Source: Pirellulales bacterium (GTDB lineage Bacteria; Planctomycetota; Planctomycetia; Pirellulales; PALSA-1355). Taken from it: 64,000 nt of DNA. Where the stretch lies: assembly GCA_963733035.1 (NCBI GenBank), contig CAVTBU010000005.1:2784001-2848000 (forward strand). The letters are read 5' to 3'. This document shows, piece after piece, positions 31,811-42,121 of this stretch (position 1 is its first letter; every line of letters begins with the position of its first letter). The notes beneath the pieces were generated by a model that worked only from the letters and a program-made list of their open reading frames with translations, searched no databases and was not told where the DNA came from. The translations under genes were made by a program, and so were the position numbers.

Positions 31811-33997
31811 TTACTCCGTCTTCGCTTTCCGCTCGAGTTGCTCGAGGTCGGGTGCCTGGGGAGCTGCCAATTGGACAGACGTCGAGATGATTGCCGCCAC
31901 CATCAGGCCCCAGGGTTGTGGAAACTGCCAGAACCAATCGACCACCCAAGCAATCAAGACCGCCGCGCCCACGTTCCACACGCTCAGGCGTGTGCGGCGT
32001 AGCGGGTCGGTCTGCCGCCACCAGCGGATGCCAGCGAATAAAGCACCGAAATACGCCAGATAGGCTCCGAGCATGGGAGCCCCCTTGGCATCGTAGAAAT
32101 TCTTGCTGAACTCGAGTTGCACGAAATTATGAACTTGAGCCGAATCATCGAACTGTACGAGCAACACGGTCGATCCGAGGTAAGCGGCGCTACCGACAAT
32201 TAGTCCGATAACTAACATCGTGACGCGACGCAGGGTTTGATCTCCCTTTGTGCCGGCCCAGAGAGACGAAGGAATCAGCACACCCCAGGCGCCGAATACG
32301 CTGGTCAACGTGAGCCACGCGAACTGATTCTGTTCGACGCTGGTTTCGCCCCGCAACAACACCGCCACGATGCTCATGATCGTCCCGACAACGGCGGCCA
32401 AAATCATGGCACCGGCCAAGTCGGCGATTCGTTCGCGCGCCGGTTTGACAACGAGCGCCGCTACCGCTTCCTCGCGCCACCGTTTCTTGCCGCCGCGCCT
32501 CTTCTTCCAATGACGCTGAGAAGCTGCCCGCCAATCGCCACGCGAGTAATTCTCCGCGCCGGCCGGCTGCGTAGAAGCTTCGGGTTGATTGCCCGTCGGT
32601 TGATACGTGGTCGCGTCCATGTTGCCCGGTCGGGCTGCTGACGATGGTGTGTTGGCGGCGGACTGTTGCTGCGGATACCGTGGAACGCCACTGGCCACAT
32701 GCTTGCGGCGGCCGTCCTGCTGTAACACGACGGCGCGGACAACACGGTACAACACGTAGAGCACAATCACAGGCACGATGAGTTGCAGCACTAACTCATA
32801 GTTGTAGGCCAGTGCCGCGCAGCCGATCACGGCAACGACAATTTTCGTTGGCGTATTCAGTCCGTCCCAACTGTCACGAGCGTTGCGCCAGCCATCCCTG
32901 ACAGCTCGCCAGACCGGCTCATCCTCGCTCCAGTTGGCCGCCGCGGCCGCCCCCGCCAGGCCGCCCACGAGGGGCTGTGGGGCTGGTTGTCCGCCCGCTT
33001 GAGTAGCAGCCGAAGCCGGTCTTGCGCCCTCGGCTGGTTTGTCAGTTTCGGCCGACGATTCCTCTGCATATTGCGTTTCGCTAATCGGCGGCCGATAGGC
33101 CATCGTTGCGGCCAACGGGGGGAGGGCGTTGAACATCTCCGCGACGCTACGGAACCGCGTTGTTGGATCCTTGGCCAAAGCTCGCGCAATGACCTGTCGG
33201 TAGGCTTCGGGGACTTTGTCGAGCGTGGGCTCGGCCGTGAGGTGTTTCATCAACACTTCGCCGACACTTTCGCCTTCAAACGGCACTTCGCCAGTGAGCA
33301 TCTCGTAGAGAATGATACCCAGAGCGTAAATGTCGATCTCCTTGCCATACCGGCCGTTGGCCACCTCAGGTGCCATGTAGTGAACTGTGCCGATGCTTTC
33401 GGTCTGTCCACTACGCCGGCTGCACGAAATAAACTTCGAAAGTCCATAGTCGCCGAGCTTGACCTGGCCATCATCGCGAAAAATGTTGCCGGGTTTTAGG
33501 TCGCGGTGCACGATGCCATGGTCGTGCAGGTAGGCCACGCCGGCGCCGATGCCTTGCATCCAGTCGAATGCTTCGTCTGGTGGGAGTCCGTGAGGGTGGC
33601 GGTCAATCACCTCTTCGAGCGACTCGCCCACGGCATATTCCATCACCACCCAGCTATTATCGTGATCATCCTGCTTGACGTCATAGAGCGCAATCAAATT
33701 GGGATGTTTCAGATTCAAGCAATGTGCGACGCCGCGCAATTCGACTTCTAAATTGTGCCGAATGAGCTTGAGAGCAACCTCCTTGCCGCCATCGCTTACG
33801 GCGAAATAGACTTCGCCAAAGCCACCGCGGCCGATGCCACGCTTAATCGTGTATCCTTCAAGTGGACGTGCGCCGTTGGCGTAGGTGAACTTGAGGGGTC
33901 CACCACGAGGAGTCTCTTCGGCTTGGGTCAAGTGAGGGTCCATCGCTTCATCAAGTGGTTCGGGCGAAAGGGCCGTTACGTCTGTCCGCGCGAGCAT
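31811..33997 (-). CDS. Ser/Thr protein kinase with multi-pass C-terminal membrane domain
   Basis: IGRGGFGEVY, VALK, HRDLKPGN, DYG, GTVHYMAPE; about 8 TM segments after the kinase. Confidence 0.92.
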   Translation of the reverse strand: MLARTDVTALSPEPLDEAMDPHLTQAEETPRGGPLKFTYANGARPLEGYTIKRGIGRGGFGEVYFAVSDGGKEVALKLIRHNLEVELRGVAHCLNLKHPNLIALYDVKQDDHDNSWVVMEYAVGESLEEVIDRHPHGLPPDEAFDWMQGIGAGVAYLHDHGIVHRDLKPGNIFRDDGQVKLGDYGLSKFISCSRRSGQTESIGTVHYMAPEVANGRYGKEIDIYALGIILYEMLTGEVPFEGESVGEVLMKHLTAEPTLDKVPEAYRQVIARALAKDPTTRFRSVAEMFNALPPLAATMAYRPPISETQYAEESSAETDKPAEGARPASAATQAGGQPAPQPLVGGLAGAAAAANWSEDEPVWRAVRDGWRNARDSWDGLNTPTKIVVAVIGCAALAYNYELVLQLIVPVIVLYVLYRVVRAVVLQQDGRRKHVASGVPRYPQQQSAANTPSSAARPGNMDATTYQPTGNQPEASTQPAGAENYSRGDWRAASQRHWKKRRGGKKRWREEAVAALVVKPARERIADLAGAMILAAVVGTIMSIVAVLLRGETSVEQNQFAWLTLTSVFGAWGVLIPSSLWAGTKGDQTLRRVTMLVIGLIVGSAAYLGSTVLLVQFDDSAQVHNFVQLEFSKNFYDAKGAPMLGAYLAYFGALFAGIRWWRQTDPLRRTRLSVWNVGAAVLIAWVVDWFWQFPQPWGLMVAAIISTSVQLAAPQAPDLEQLERKAKTE

Positions 33998-34096
33998 GGT
34001 CAACCTATGCTTCTCTCCTGGGAGTCTTGTATTCTCCCAGGCCGGCTACCCGGTCCCTATTCCAAGATTATGACACGACGCCGTCGGGCACCAAAA

Positions 34097-34975
34097 TCAG
34101 ATTTCCTCCAAACTGAACGAAAACCCTTCTCCATCCACGCGCGAGTTCAAATTGAGCGGTGCCCGCGTTTCGTAACGCCGGCCGTCGACCTCGATGGGGC
34201 TGCTGCTGGTGCAATACAGACCACCGTGCTGTCGGTGCAGAACTACGTCGTGTGGCCAATGGCGACAGACCACGTGATTGTTGGTGTTGGGACCCAAAAT
34301 GAGTGTGTCGGCCATCAAAAGCACCGCCGAACTCGAGGGTTGCGTGCGATGATGGCTGACAAAATCCAGCCGTGCCGTCGCCGACAGTGGGTGCGGCCGC
34401 GTGAAACGCACTCGCAACGCAGGTCCTAGTTCCAGGAGACTTCCGTCGTTGATCCAACTGGTGGTTGTAATTCGCTGATGGTTGAGCCGCACGTCGCGTA
34501 AAGGCTCGATCGTATACCCTTCTTCGTCCCTGCGAAAAGTTGCATGATGGCGCGAGAGATCCGCCAGCAGGGGCAAATCCACCGTGCTGTCTGGAACGGC
34601 CTGGCCCAGCCGGACCTCGTTCCCCAGACACACGAAGAATCCGCCCACCGCGTCGACCCACAGGAGGAGGCGAGATTTCGGGGCTCGATTGTTCACGGCG
34701 TTTTCTATCCATGGTACGCAATCTGTCGGTCGAGATGAAATGGGCCGCGCCGAGCTGAACATGCTTGTGTTCCTTGCCTGACTGGCGTCCACCGGTCGCC
34801 ACCATTGGACGAGTGCGGTGTGGGGCGCGGCCAGTAAATTCCGCCAGTCGATTGCCAAGCCTTTGTACTCCGCCGCGAGCCCCTGTATTTCGTCGCCGTT
34901 CCGCCACGAGCCCGGGCTTGATTGGCCTCTTGCCCCACCTCGGGTGCCGCGGGCCTCGTGCCTGCGTCGTGACAC
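34097..34975 (-). CDS. FHA-like domain protein (real start probably downstream, about 34700-34760)
   Basis: LLLWVDAVGGF, VRLGQ..DLPLLADLSRHHA; second beta-rich unit LILGP..HVVC. Confidence 0.7.
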   Translation of the reverse strand: MSRRRHEARGTRGGARGQSSPGSWRNGDEIQGLAAEYKGLAIDWRNLLAAPHTALVQWWRPVDASQARNTSMFSSARPISSRPTDCVPWIENAVNNRAPKSRLLLWVDAVGGFFVCLGNEVRLGQAVPDSTVDLPLLADLSRHHATFRRDEEGYTIEPLRDVRLNHQRITTTSWINDGSLLELGPALRVRFTRPHPLSATARLDFVSHHRTQPSSSAVLLMADTLILGPNTNNHVVCRHWPHDVVLHRQHGGLYCTSSSPIEVDGRRYETRAPLNLNSRVDGEGFSFSLEEI

Positions 34976-34985
34976 GACGTTCGAA

Positions 34986-35801
34986 TCAGTCCTCGTTGAC
35001 TTGCGGCAACTCAGCCACTTGGGTTGGCTCTGCCTGCACGCCGAAGTATTCGGTGACCTGATCGACGATATTCTCGGTTTCGCCCTGTGATGCGGAAACC
35101 GGAATCTCTCCCTCCACCAGTGGTGTCGAAGCCAAACGCTCGGCCACTTTCAGCCGCGAGCGAATGTCGGCGATGAGGTCCTTCACGCGTCCCAGCTGAC
35201 TGTCATCGATGTTGTGCTCGCTCAGGGTTTGAGCCACTTCGACCATCTTGAATTGAGCCTCGAGTTGTTCAACATCGACTTCCAACTGGCGCTTTTGGGT
35301 CAACATGTTCTCGAGCTTTTGCCGGGCGGCATCGAGGCTCGTGCGACGGGCGGATTGAATGTCCCGCAGGTTCGCTAGCATGGCATCATGCGTCTTGTAT
35401 CGTTCGAACCGGTTTGCCAAGTCGACCTTTACGTGCGAGACGGTATAGGTACGCCCGCCGTAGCTATACGTCGGCTGTTTCGAGGCCAGATCTCCCTTGA
35501 GCTGCATGATTTCAGCCTTCTCGCGCGACATCGTGTTCTCAGTCTTGGCGATCTCCTTGTCGAGCCGCTCGATTTCGATCTCTTCCTGGGCGATGACGTG
35601 CATGTTGCGGCGAATATCAGGCACCAGATTCTTGACCATCCGACGCGCTCGCTCGATTTCAAATTCAACCGGCACGCTTGATTTGACGGAGTCCTTCATC
35701 CAGCCGAATGACGTCGACATGTAGCTGACTGCGTCTCGGCCAAAGAACAACACTGCCAGCAGGCTCGCGCCCGCCACTGCTACTAACGTTTTTCTAATCA
35801 T
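34986..35801 (-). CDS. Membrane-anchored long coiled-coil protein (PspA-like organisation)
   Basis: GGAGG RBS; N-terminal hydrophobic anchor followed by about 200 aa of heptad-rich helix. Confidence 0.78.
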   Translation of the reverse strand: MIRKTLVAVAGASLLAVLFFGRDAVSYMSTSFGWMKDSVKSSVPVEFEIERARRMVKNLVPDIRRNMHVIAQEEIEIERLDKEIAKTENTMSREKAEIMQLKGDLASKQPTYSYGGRTYTVSHVKVDLANRFERYKTHDAMLANLRDIQSARRTSLDAARQKLENMLTQKRQLEVDVEQLEAQFKMVEVAQTLSEHNIDDSQLGRVKDLIADIRSRLKVAERLASTPLVEGEIPVSASQGETENIVDQVTEYFGVQAEPTQVAELPQVNED

Positions 35802-36032
35802 GATCCAAAGCCTCCCACACGACGGGTCAACTGGTAGGTTCGTAGGCGGATCGACGGAACCGCCGCTCCAGAAACCTATTCGCCGCCGCTTGGCCACCCT
35901 TGGCTACAGATCGAAGTTTTTTCACAGCCGGAGTTTGCTGCGGCCGACGTGAACCGAAAATCCGGTTCTTGTTTCCTACCGGAATGGTTAGGCTATTGGT
36001 GCAGTGGGACGAAGCTTAACCGGTCTTAGGGA

Positions 36033-37178
36033 GTGAGCGAAGCCGTGGGCGAATCGTCGCAAAATCAATTGGCTCAAGAGGTTCACGCGCGCCATCTACG
36101 ATTCGTGCTGGCTGTTACAGGGGGTGGCACCCGGGCCATTTCAACCCTGTTGGGCGAACCAGGGGCTTCCCGATCGATACTTGAGGCCACGATCCCCTAT
36201 GCGGCCGATGCCTTAACCTCCTACCTTGGCAGCCAGCCGGACGAATACTGCTCCGCCCGCACCGGGCGAGCGATGGCCATGGCAGCCTATCGCCGTGCCG
36301 GGATGCTTGACCCCCGCGCAAGGGCCTGTGGGATTGGATGTACCGCAAGTCTGGCCAGCGACCGGCCCAAACGGGGCACCCACCGAGCGCACGTCGCTTG
36401 GCAAACTGCTGCCACAACGACCGCTTATCACCTCGAACTTGTCAAGGGTCGACGCACCCGGGGTGAAGAGGAGGCCGTCGTGGCAGGGCTATTACTGAAC
36501 GCCGTGGCCGAAAGTTGCGGCGCTGGTGCGCGCGTCGAGATGCCTCTCATCGAGAACGAACACGTGTCGGTTCTACGTGTGGATGCGCCACTCGACGAGC
36601 AGGAGTTGCTTGCCGGTCAAATTTCAGCGGCACCGCGGGGTTCGGCCCAGCGAGACAAGCGTCCGCAGGTACTATTTCCGGGCGCGTTCAATCCGCTGCA
36701 CGTTGGACATAAGAAAATGGCAGAGTTGGCCCGAGGACTGCTAGGGCTCGAAGTAGCCTTCGAGATTTCGACCGAAAACGTGGACAAACCTCCCTTGGAT
36801 TTTATTGAAACGGAACAACGATTGCGACAGTTTACCTCGGGCGAGGAAGTCTGGCTTACTCGCGCTCCGACTTTTGTCAAAAAATCGGAGCTGTTTCCCC
36901 GATGCACCTTCATTGTAGGTGTGGACACGATTGAGCGGGTGGGTCAGGAGCGTTACTACGGTTCCGAGGCGGAGATGCGGGATGCGTTGGAAGCTATTGC
37001 CGCCCGCAATTGTCGGTTTCTGGTGTTTGGCCGCACGGTAAACGGTGTCTACCGTACGCTTGATGACCTAAACTTGCCTAAACAGCTGGCGGCCGTTTGC
37101 CGTGGTGTACCGGGTGCCACTTTCCGCGAGGATATTTCGTCCACCGAACTCCGCGAGAATCTGCGTGGCCCGACCTAG
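36033..37178 (+). CDS. CinA/PncC-fold domain fused to an HxGH nucleotidyltransferase (NadD-like)
   Basis: N-terminal TGGG..PGASRS..PY..CSA.T..AMA; C-terminal FPGAFNPLHVGH, VGVDT, DISSTELR. Confidence 0.8.
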   Translation: MSEAVGESSQNQLAQEVHARHLRFVLAVTGGGTRAISTLLGEPGASRSILEATIPYAADALTSYLGSQPDEYCSARTGRAMAMAAYRRAGMLDPRARACGIGCTASLASDRPKRGTHRAHVAWQTAATTTAYHLELVKGRRTRGEEEAVVAGLLLNAVAESCGAGARVEMPLIENEHVSVLRVDAPLDEQELLAGQISAAPRGSAQRDKRPQVLFPGAFNPLHVGHKKMAELARGLLGLEVAFEISTENVDKPPLDFIETEQRLRQFTSGEEVWLTRAPTFVKKSELFPRCTFIVGVDTIERVGQERYYGSEAEMRDALEAIAARNCRFLVFGRTVNGVYRTLDDLNLPKQLAAVCRGVPGATFREDISSTELRENLRGPT

Positions 37179-37228
37179 AACTACAGCAATGGCCGTTCTA
37201 GTGATCTCTCGTTCTGGAGGACAGAAAT

Positions 37229-38555
37229 TTGCCCGATTCATCGCAGGCACACCGAGTTGTGATCGTCGGCGGAGGTTTTGGTGGTCTCTATGCCGCCATT
37301 CAACTCCGTCGCGCCGGCGCCCAGGTTACTCTCGTCGACCGGCGAAATTTTCATCTGTTTCAACCGCTGCTATATCAGGTGGCCACCGGTGGTTTGTCGC
37401 CGGCCAATATTGCGTCGCCTCTCCGATCGGTTCTTCGCAAGCAGACCAATACCGAAGTGATGTTGGCCGAAGTAGTCGACATTAACGTTACAGAGCGTCG
37501 GTTGGTCTTCTGCGAGGAGCACCTGCCGCCACTCGAATACGATACGCTAGTCGTCGCCACGGGATCCGAGTTCAACTATTTTGGCCACGATGAATGGCAA
37601 TCTGTCGCACCGGGACTGAAGAAGCTAGAAGATGCGACAGACATTCGTCGCCGCGTGCTAAGCGCGTTTGAACGTGCTGAGTTGGAGACGGACCCGAACA
37701 GACAACAGTCCCTGCTCAGTTTCGTGGTGGTTGGAGGTGGTCCGACCGGAGTGGAATTGAGCGGTGCCGTGGCCGAAGTTGCCCGTTACACGCTTCGCCG
37801 CGATTTTCGCCGCATCGATCCAACGGACGCGAATGTCATGCTGTTTGAGGCGGGGCCGGCAATTCTTGGTATGTTTCCCGAGTCGTTACGCGAGAAGGCC
37901 AAGGCGTCACTAACCGCGCGTAGGAGTGGACGTCCGAACGGGTGTGCGAGTTACCGAGATACGTAGTGGCGGTGTGACGATCGAATCGGGCGACGAGCGG
38001 CACGATATTGCCGCGGAAACCATCCTTTGGACGGCCGGCGTCAAGGCATCATCGCTCGGCGCCAAACTGGCGGAGGCGGCCGGTCAACAGGTGGATCGCT
38101 CTGGGAGGGTCATTGTGGAGCCCGACTGTTCACTGCCGGACCATCCGGAGATCTTCGTGATTGGCGATCTGGCGAACTTCAGCCATCAAGGCGACAAGCC
38201 GCTACCCGCCCTTGCGCCGGTGGCCATGCAGCAGGGGCGGTATGTGGCCGAACTGGTTGCGCGGCGTATTCAGAACCTAAGCCCACCCGCGCCCTTCCAT
38301 TACCACGATAAGGGAACGTTGGCAACGATCGGCCGTGCATCGGCCGTGGCCGAAATCAGCGGGTTCAAGCTATCCGGCTTCCTGGCATGGATCACCTGGC
38401 TGTTCGTACATTTGATGTACCTGGTGCAATTCCACAACCGTGTACTGGTCCTTATCCAGTGGGGTTACAACTATTTCAGCCGGGGCAGGGCCGCCCGACT
38501 GATCACAGGCCAGACGGGCTGTCTCCAGAAGCATGAAGTGGGCGAAGCGGAGTAG
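37229..38555 (+). CDS. ndh: Type II NADH dehydrogenase; frameshift at about 37919
   Basis: VIVGGGFGG, HLFQPLLYQVATG, VVGGGPTGVE, WTAGV, FVIGD, APVAMQQG, WLFVHL. Confidence 0.9.
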
Positions 38556-38608
38556 CCTCTGTTAAATGTATTGGGGGGCGTGAAGCCGCGGCAATTTCTC
38601 GTCCCCAC

Positions 38609-38637
38609 GGAACTCTCTGCCCCGAGCGGGGGTAAAT
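38609..38637 (+). promoter_or_regulatory. Possible ECF-type promoter
   Basis: GGAACT-N17-GTAAAT about 110 bp upstream of 38748. Confidence 0.2.
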
Positions 38638-38747
38638 AGTTGCTGCCGCGAAATTTGTTTGACGCCGCCAGCAGCGCGCGGCAAGATGACGCGCCGATTG
38701 CGGGCATGGTCGCCCCCGACGCCGTCACCTTTTGGGAGGTAACTAGC

Positions 38748-39143
38748 ATGACGCGTTCTGGCAGGTTTCTGTTCATGTTGGCCGCCCTTGGTGCGGCGAT
38801 GACATCCATGGCCGCCGCCCGAGCGGCTGACGCGAATGGCAGTTGGAAATGGACTTTCGAGCGAGGAGAGAGGAGCGTCGAAGTCAAGCTCGATCTTCAA
38901 TGCGAGGGCGAGAAGCTGACGGGCAAGGTTTACAGCAGCGATCGCGAGACCAAGATTGTGGACGGTAGATTCAAGAACGACGAAGTGTCGTTCAAAACTA
39001 TTCGCGAGCGAGCTGGCAACAAGTTCGTCATGACATACAAGGGCAAAGTCATCGGCGACAAGATCGAAGGCTCAATTCAGTTTGAGGCCGGCGAACGCTC
39101 CGCCAGCCGACCTTGGGAAGCGACCCGAGTGACGGGAAAGTAA
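38748..39143 (+). CDS. Small secreted beta-barrel protein, paralog 1
   Basis: GGAGG RBS, signal peptide, GSWKW..L..EGEKLTG..Y.GKV.GD.I.G..RPWEATR. Confidence 0.8.
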   Translation: MTRSGRFLFMLAALGAAMTSMAAARAADANGSWKWTFERGERSVEVKLDLQCEGEKLTGKVYSSDRETKIVDGRFKNDEVSFKTIRERAGNKFVMTYKGKVIGDKIEGSIQFEAGERSASRPWEATRVTGK

Positions 39144-39212
39144 TCAAAGAAATTCTGAAATGTGCACTGCGTGCGACTGCTCCAACCAATCAACCATCAG
39201 AGAGTCGACCCG

Positions 39213-39614
39213 ATGAAAGCCAAGCATTTCTTCTCACCAGCGTTTGCTTTGTTGATCGCCGCGATGATTGCAGCCACGGCCCTGGCTGCCGACATTACTG
39301 GTACGTGGACCTGGACAGTCAAAACGAAAAAAGGCAAGGAGTTCGACCAAAAGCTGACCCTCAAGGCGGAAGGCGACAAACTGACAGGCAGTTTGGCCAG
39401 CGGCCGTCGGCAGCGGAGCACGGATATCGCGAACGGTACGGTTCAGGGTGACTCGATCAGCTTTGAAGTAACGACGGAGCGCAACGGTAACGAGTTGACC
39501 GCTAAGTACCAGGGCAAGGTAGACGGTGATACCATCAAAGGCACCACGACCGCCGAACGTCCCAACGGGGGCGAGGGACGTTCTCGCCCCTGGGAGGCAA
39601 AACGCGCGAAATAG
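39213..39614 (+). CDS. Small secreted beta-barrel protein, paralog 2
   Basis: Signal peptide, GTWTW..LKAEGDKLTG..YQGKVDGDTIKG..RPWEAKR. Confidence 0.8.
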   Translation: MKAKHFFSPAFALLIAAMIAATALAADITGTWTWTVKTKKGKEFDQKLTLKAEGDKLTGSLASGRRQRSTDIANGTVQGDSISFEVTTERNGNELTAKYQGKVDGDTIKGTTTAERPNGGEGRSRPWEAKRAK

Positions 39615-39725
39615 CCTGAGTTGTCGTGGATTCCTCGCACGGCATGCTTTGGCAGGGTGAGAGGGTCTTGTCTTTGGATACACCAGTGGCTTGAAAATGA
39701 TTTCGTCAATATAGGAGGATCCAGC

Positions 39726-40808
39726 ATGCCGTTACGCAACTACGTTCTTTCCACGCTTGCGGTACTCGCGCTTTCATCCGCTAGTTTGGCGGCCGATCTG
39801 ACCGATGGCATGCAGCAAGGTGCGCCCAAGCTCAATTCGATCGGTCCAATTACCTTCGCACCTCAAAGCATCCTCTTAATCGGTGATCCCCAAGGTTCGG
39901 CGATTTACGCAGTTGCCACTGACGATAAGTCGGCCGGGAGCCCTAGCCAAAAACTGAATATCGAAAAGATCGACGAAAAGATTGCCGCTTTGCTCGGTAC
40001 GACGTCCAAAGGCATTTTGATTAACGACATGGCCGTAAATCCAGATACCGGCAGCACGTTCTTCTCCGTGTCGCGGGGCACGGGACCGGATGCGACTCCG
40101 GTTGTGGTCCGGATTGATTCGGCGGGCAACCTCGGTGAATTTAAGCTCGACGACGTGAAGTTTTCCAAGGCACAAATACCGAATGCTCCAACCGAAGGAC
40201 GCAAGCGACAGGATGTGACAACGGATCTGCAGTTCACAGGCGGGCAGATCATCGTGGCAGGACTCTCGAACGAAGAATTTGCTTCTCAACTTCGCGTGCT
40301 GGATTTCCCCTTCAAGAAAGTCGCCGGTGGGACGGGCGTCGAGATTTTTCACGGTGCGCACGGAAAGCTGGAAACTCATTCGCCGGTGCGCACTTTGGCC
40401 GTGTTCGACATTTCCGGCAAGCCCAACGTTCTGGCCGCCTACACCTGCACTCCGCTGGTGAAGTTTCCGCTGTCGGACCTCAAGCCCGGCAATAAGATCC
40501 GCGGCACAACCGTCGCCGAGCTCGGCAACCACAACCGTCCGCTCGACATGATTGTTTATCAAAAAGGGGGCAAGGATTATCTGCTGATGGCCAATAGTAG
40601 CCGCGGCGTCATGAAAGTGAACGTCGAGAACATCGACAAGACCGGCGGAATCACCGACCGCATCAATGGGACTGCTGGTTTGCCGTACGACACGATCGAG
40701 AATCTCAAGGGTGTTACGCAACTTGACAAACTCGATAAGGATCACGCGCTCGTGCTCGTACAAACCGATTCTGGAACAATGAACCTCGAAGCGGTCGATT
40801 TGCCATAG
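39726..40808 (+). CDS. Secreted hypothetical protein, probably beta-propeller-like
   Basis: AGGAGG RBS, signal peptide, GLSNEEF, FHGAHG..ETHSP, AYTCTPLV. Confidence 0.78.
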   Translation: MPLRNYVLSTLAVLALSSASLAADLTDGMQQGAPKLNSIGPITFAPQSILLIGDPQGSAIYAVATDDKSAGSPSQKLNIEKIDEKIAALLGTTSKGILINDMAVNPDTGSTFFSVSRGTGPDATPVVVRIDSAGNLGEFKLDDVKFSKAQIPNAPTEGRKRQDVTTDLQFTGGQIIVAGLSNEEFASQLRVLDFPFKKVAGGTGVEIFHGAHGKLETHSPVRTLAVFDISGKPNVLAAYTCTPLVKFPLSDLKPGNKIRGTTVAELGNHNRPLDMIVYQKGGKDYLLMANSSRGVMKVNVENIDKTGGITDRINGTAGLPYDTIENLKGVTQLDKLDKDHALVLVQTDSGTMNLEAVDLP

Positions 40809-40918
40809 TGGTTGAGGCCCACGGGCCTAGTTGTCGAACCCAACATCGCACCAACGGACGACCGGCAACGGTCGTCCGCGTGCGTTTCAGGCAGATGCGT
40901 TTACAGGCGGAGCTACCT

Positions 40919-42085
40919 ATGACCGAGCGACTCGTGATAGCCCTGATCGGAATCGCAACAACATGTTTTGTTGGCGTCTCAGGTGCGGCGTCGGCCGAAA
41001 TGCCAAAGGCTTCCCCGCGGATTGAATTGCGAGGATCGACTGCAGCAGGGCACACCGTTGACGTCTTCGGCCTCAGCGAAGACCAACAAAGCGCTTTCGG
41101 CAAGCTGTCGCCGGACGAACGTCGTACCGTGCTCCAAGTTTACGTCGACGTCGATATTGACGACCTGCCAGCCCTGGAAGGGAGGCTGGACGTCCTTAGC
41201 GATCGGCTCCGATTCACCCCTCGTTACCCGCTGGAAGAGGGTCTCCGCTACCGCGCCGTTTTCGCCCCCGGATTTCTTTCGCCGCATCGTGCTGAATTGG
41301 CTCCAGTAACGCAAGTCATCTCACTGGAGCCCCGGAAATCAAATCCCACGACGGTCGTTGAGCAAATCTATCCTTCGGCCGACGTGCTCCCGGAGAATCA
41401 ACTCAAGTTCTACCTGCACTTTTCGGCATCCATGAGCCGCGGCGAAGCCTACCGTCACGTCCATTTGCTCGATGCTCAGGGCCGAGAGGTTAACGGAGCG
41501 TTTCTCGAATTGGGCGAAGAGCTGTGGGACGGCGACTATCAACGGTTCACGCTGTTGTTTGATCCCGGTCGCGTTAAGCGAGGGCTTAAACCGCGCGAAG
41601 AGCTTGGGCCCGTCATTGTCGAGGGGCAGCACTATTCGCTAGTCGTTGATGGAGCTTGGCGCGATGCTACCCGCACGCCGCTGAACTCTGGGGCACGGAA
41701 GGAGTTTTCGGTCGGCCCGCCGGATGACAAACCTGTCGATCCCGCGAAGTGGCGAATCACCGCGCCAGCCGCTAACGGCTTTGATCCGTTGCTGGTGCGT
41801 TTTGGTGAACCACTGGATCACTCGCTCCTGGAACGAATCGTTTGGGTTGCGACGAACGCGGGAGAGCGCGTCGCGGGGACGATTCGTACCGGCAATGCCG
41901 AAGCTTGTTGGCAGTTCACACCCCAACGTCCCTGGGCGAGCGGTCACTACCAACTCGTCGCCGAGACGACGCTCGAAGACTTGGCTGGCAACTCCATTGG
42001 CCGGCCGTTTGAAGTCGACGAGTTTCAAGCGGTCCAGGAGCGGATTGAAACCAAGACGATCTCGATTCCGTTTGAAGTCAAGTAA
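40919..42085 (+). CDS. Secreted hypothetical protein with Ig-like repeats
   Basis: Signal peptide; FTPRYPL, PENQLKFYLHFSASM, FTPQRPW..G.Y, EDLAGN. Confidence 0.75.
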   Translation: MTERLVIALIGIATTCFVGVSGAASAEMPKASPRIELRGSTAAGHTVDVFGLSEDQQSAFGKLSPDERRTVLQVYVDVDIDDLPALEGRLDVLSDRLRFTPRYPLEEGLRYRAVFAPGFLSPHRAELAPVTQVISLEPRKSNPTTVVEQIYPSADVLPENQLKFYLHFSASMSRGEAYRHVHLLDAQGREVNGAFLELGEELWDGDYQRFTLLFDPGRVKRGLKPREELGPVIVEGQHYSLVVDGAWRDATRTPLNSGARKEFSVGPPDDKPVDPAKWRITAPAANGFDPLLVRFGEPLDHSLLERIVWVATNAGERVAGTIRTGNAEACWQFTPQRPWASGHYQLVAETTLEDLAGNSIGRPFEVDEFQAVQERIETKTISIPFEVK

Positions 42086-42121
42086 CGACCGCGACGGTTG
42101 CGGTGCATTTCGGTGGATTTG

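Noticed and set aside
34030..35885. Shared GAATAGG upstream of the kinase and coiled-coil genes as an ECF -35 element
   Set aside because: Short motif, no consistent -10 element at the expected spacing, and it also occurs elsewhere in the window
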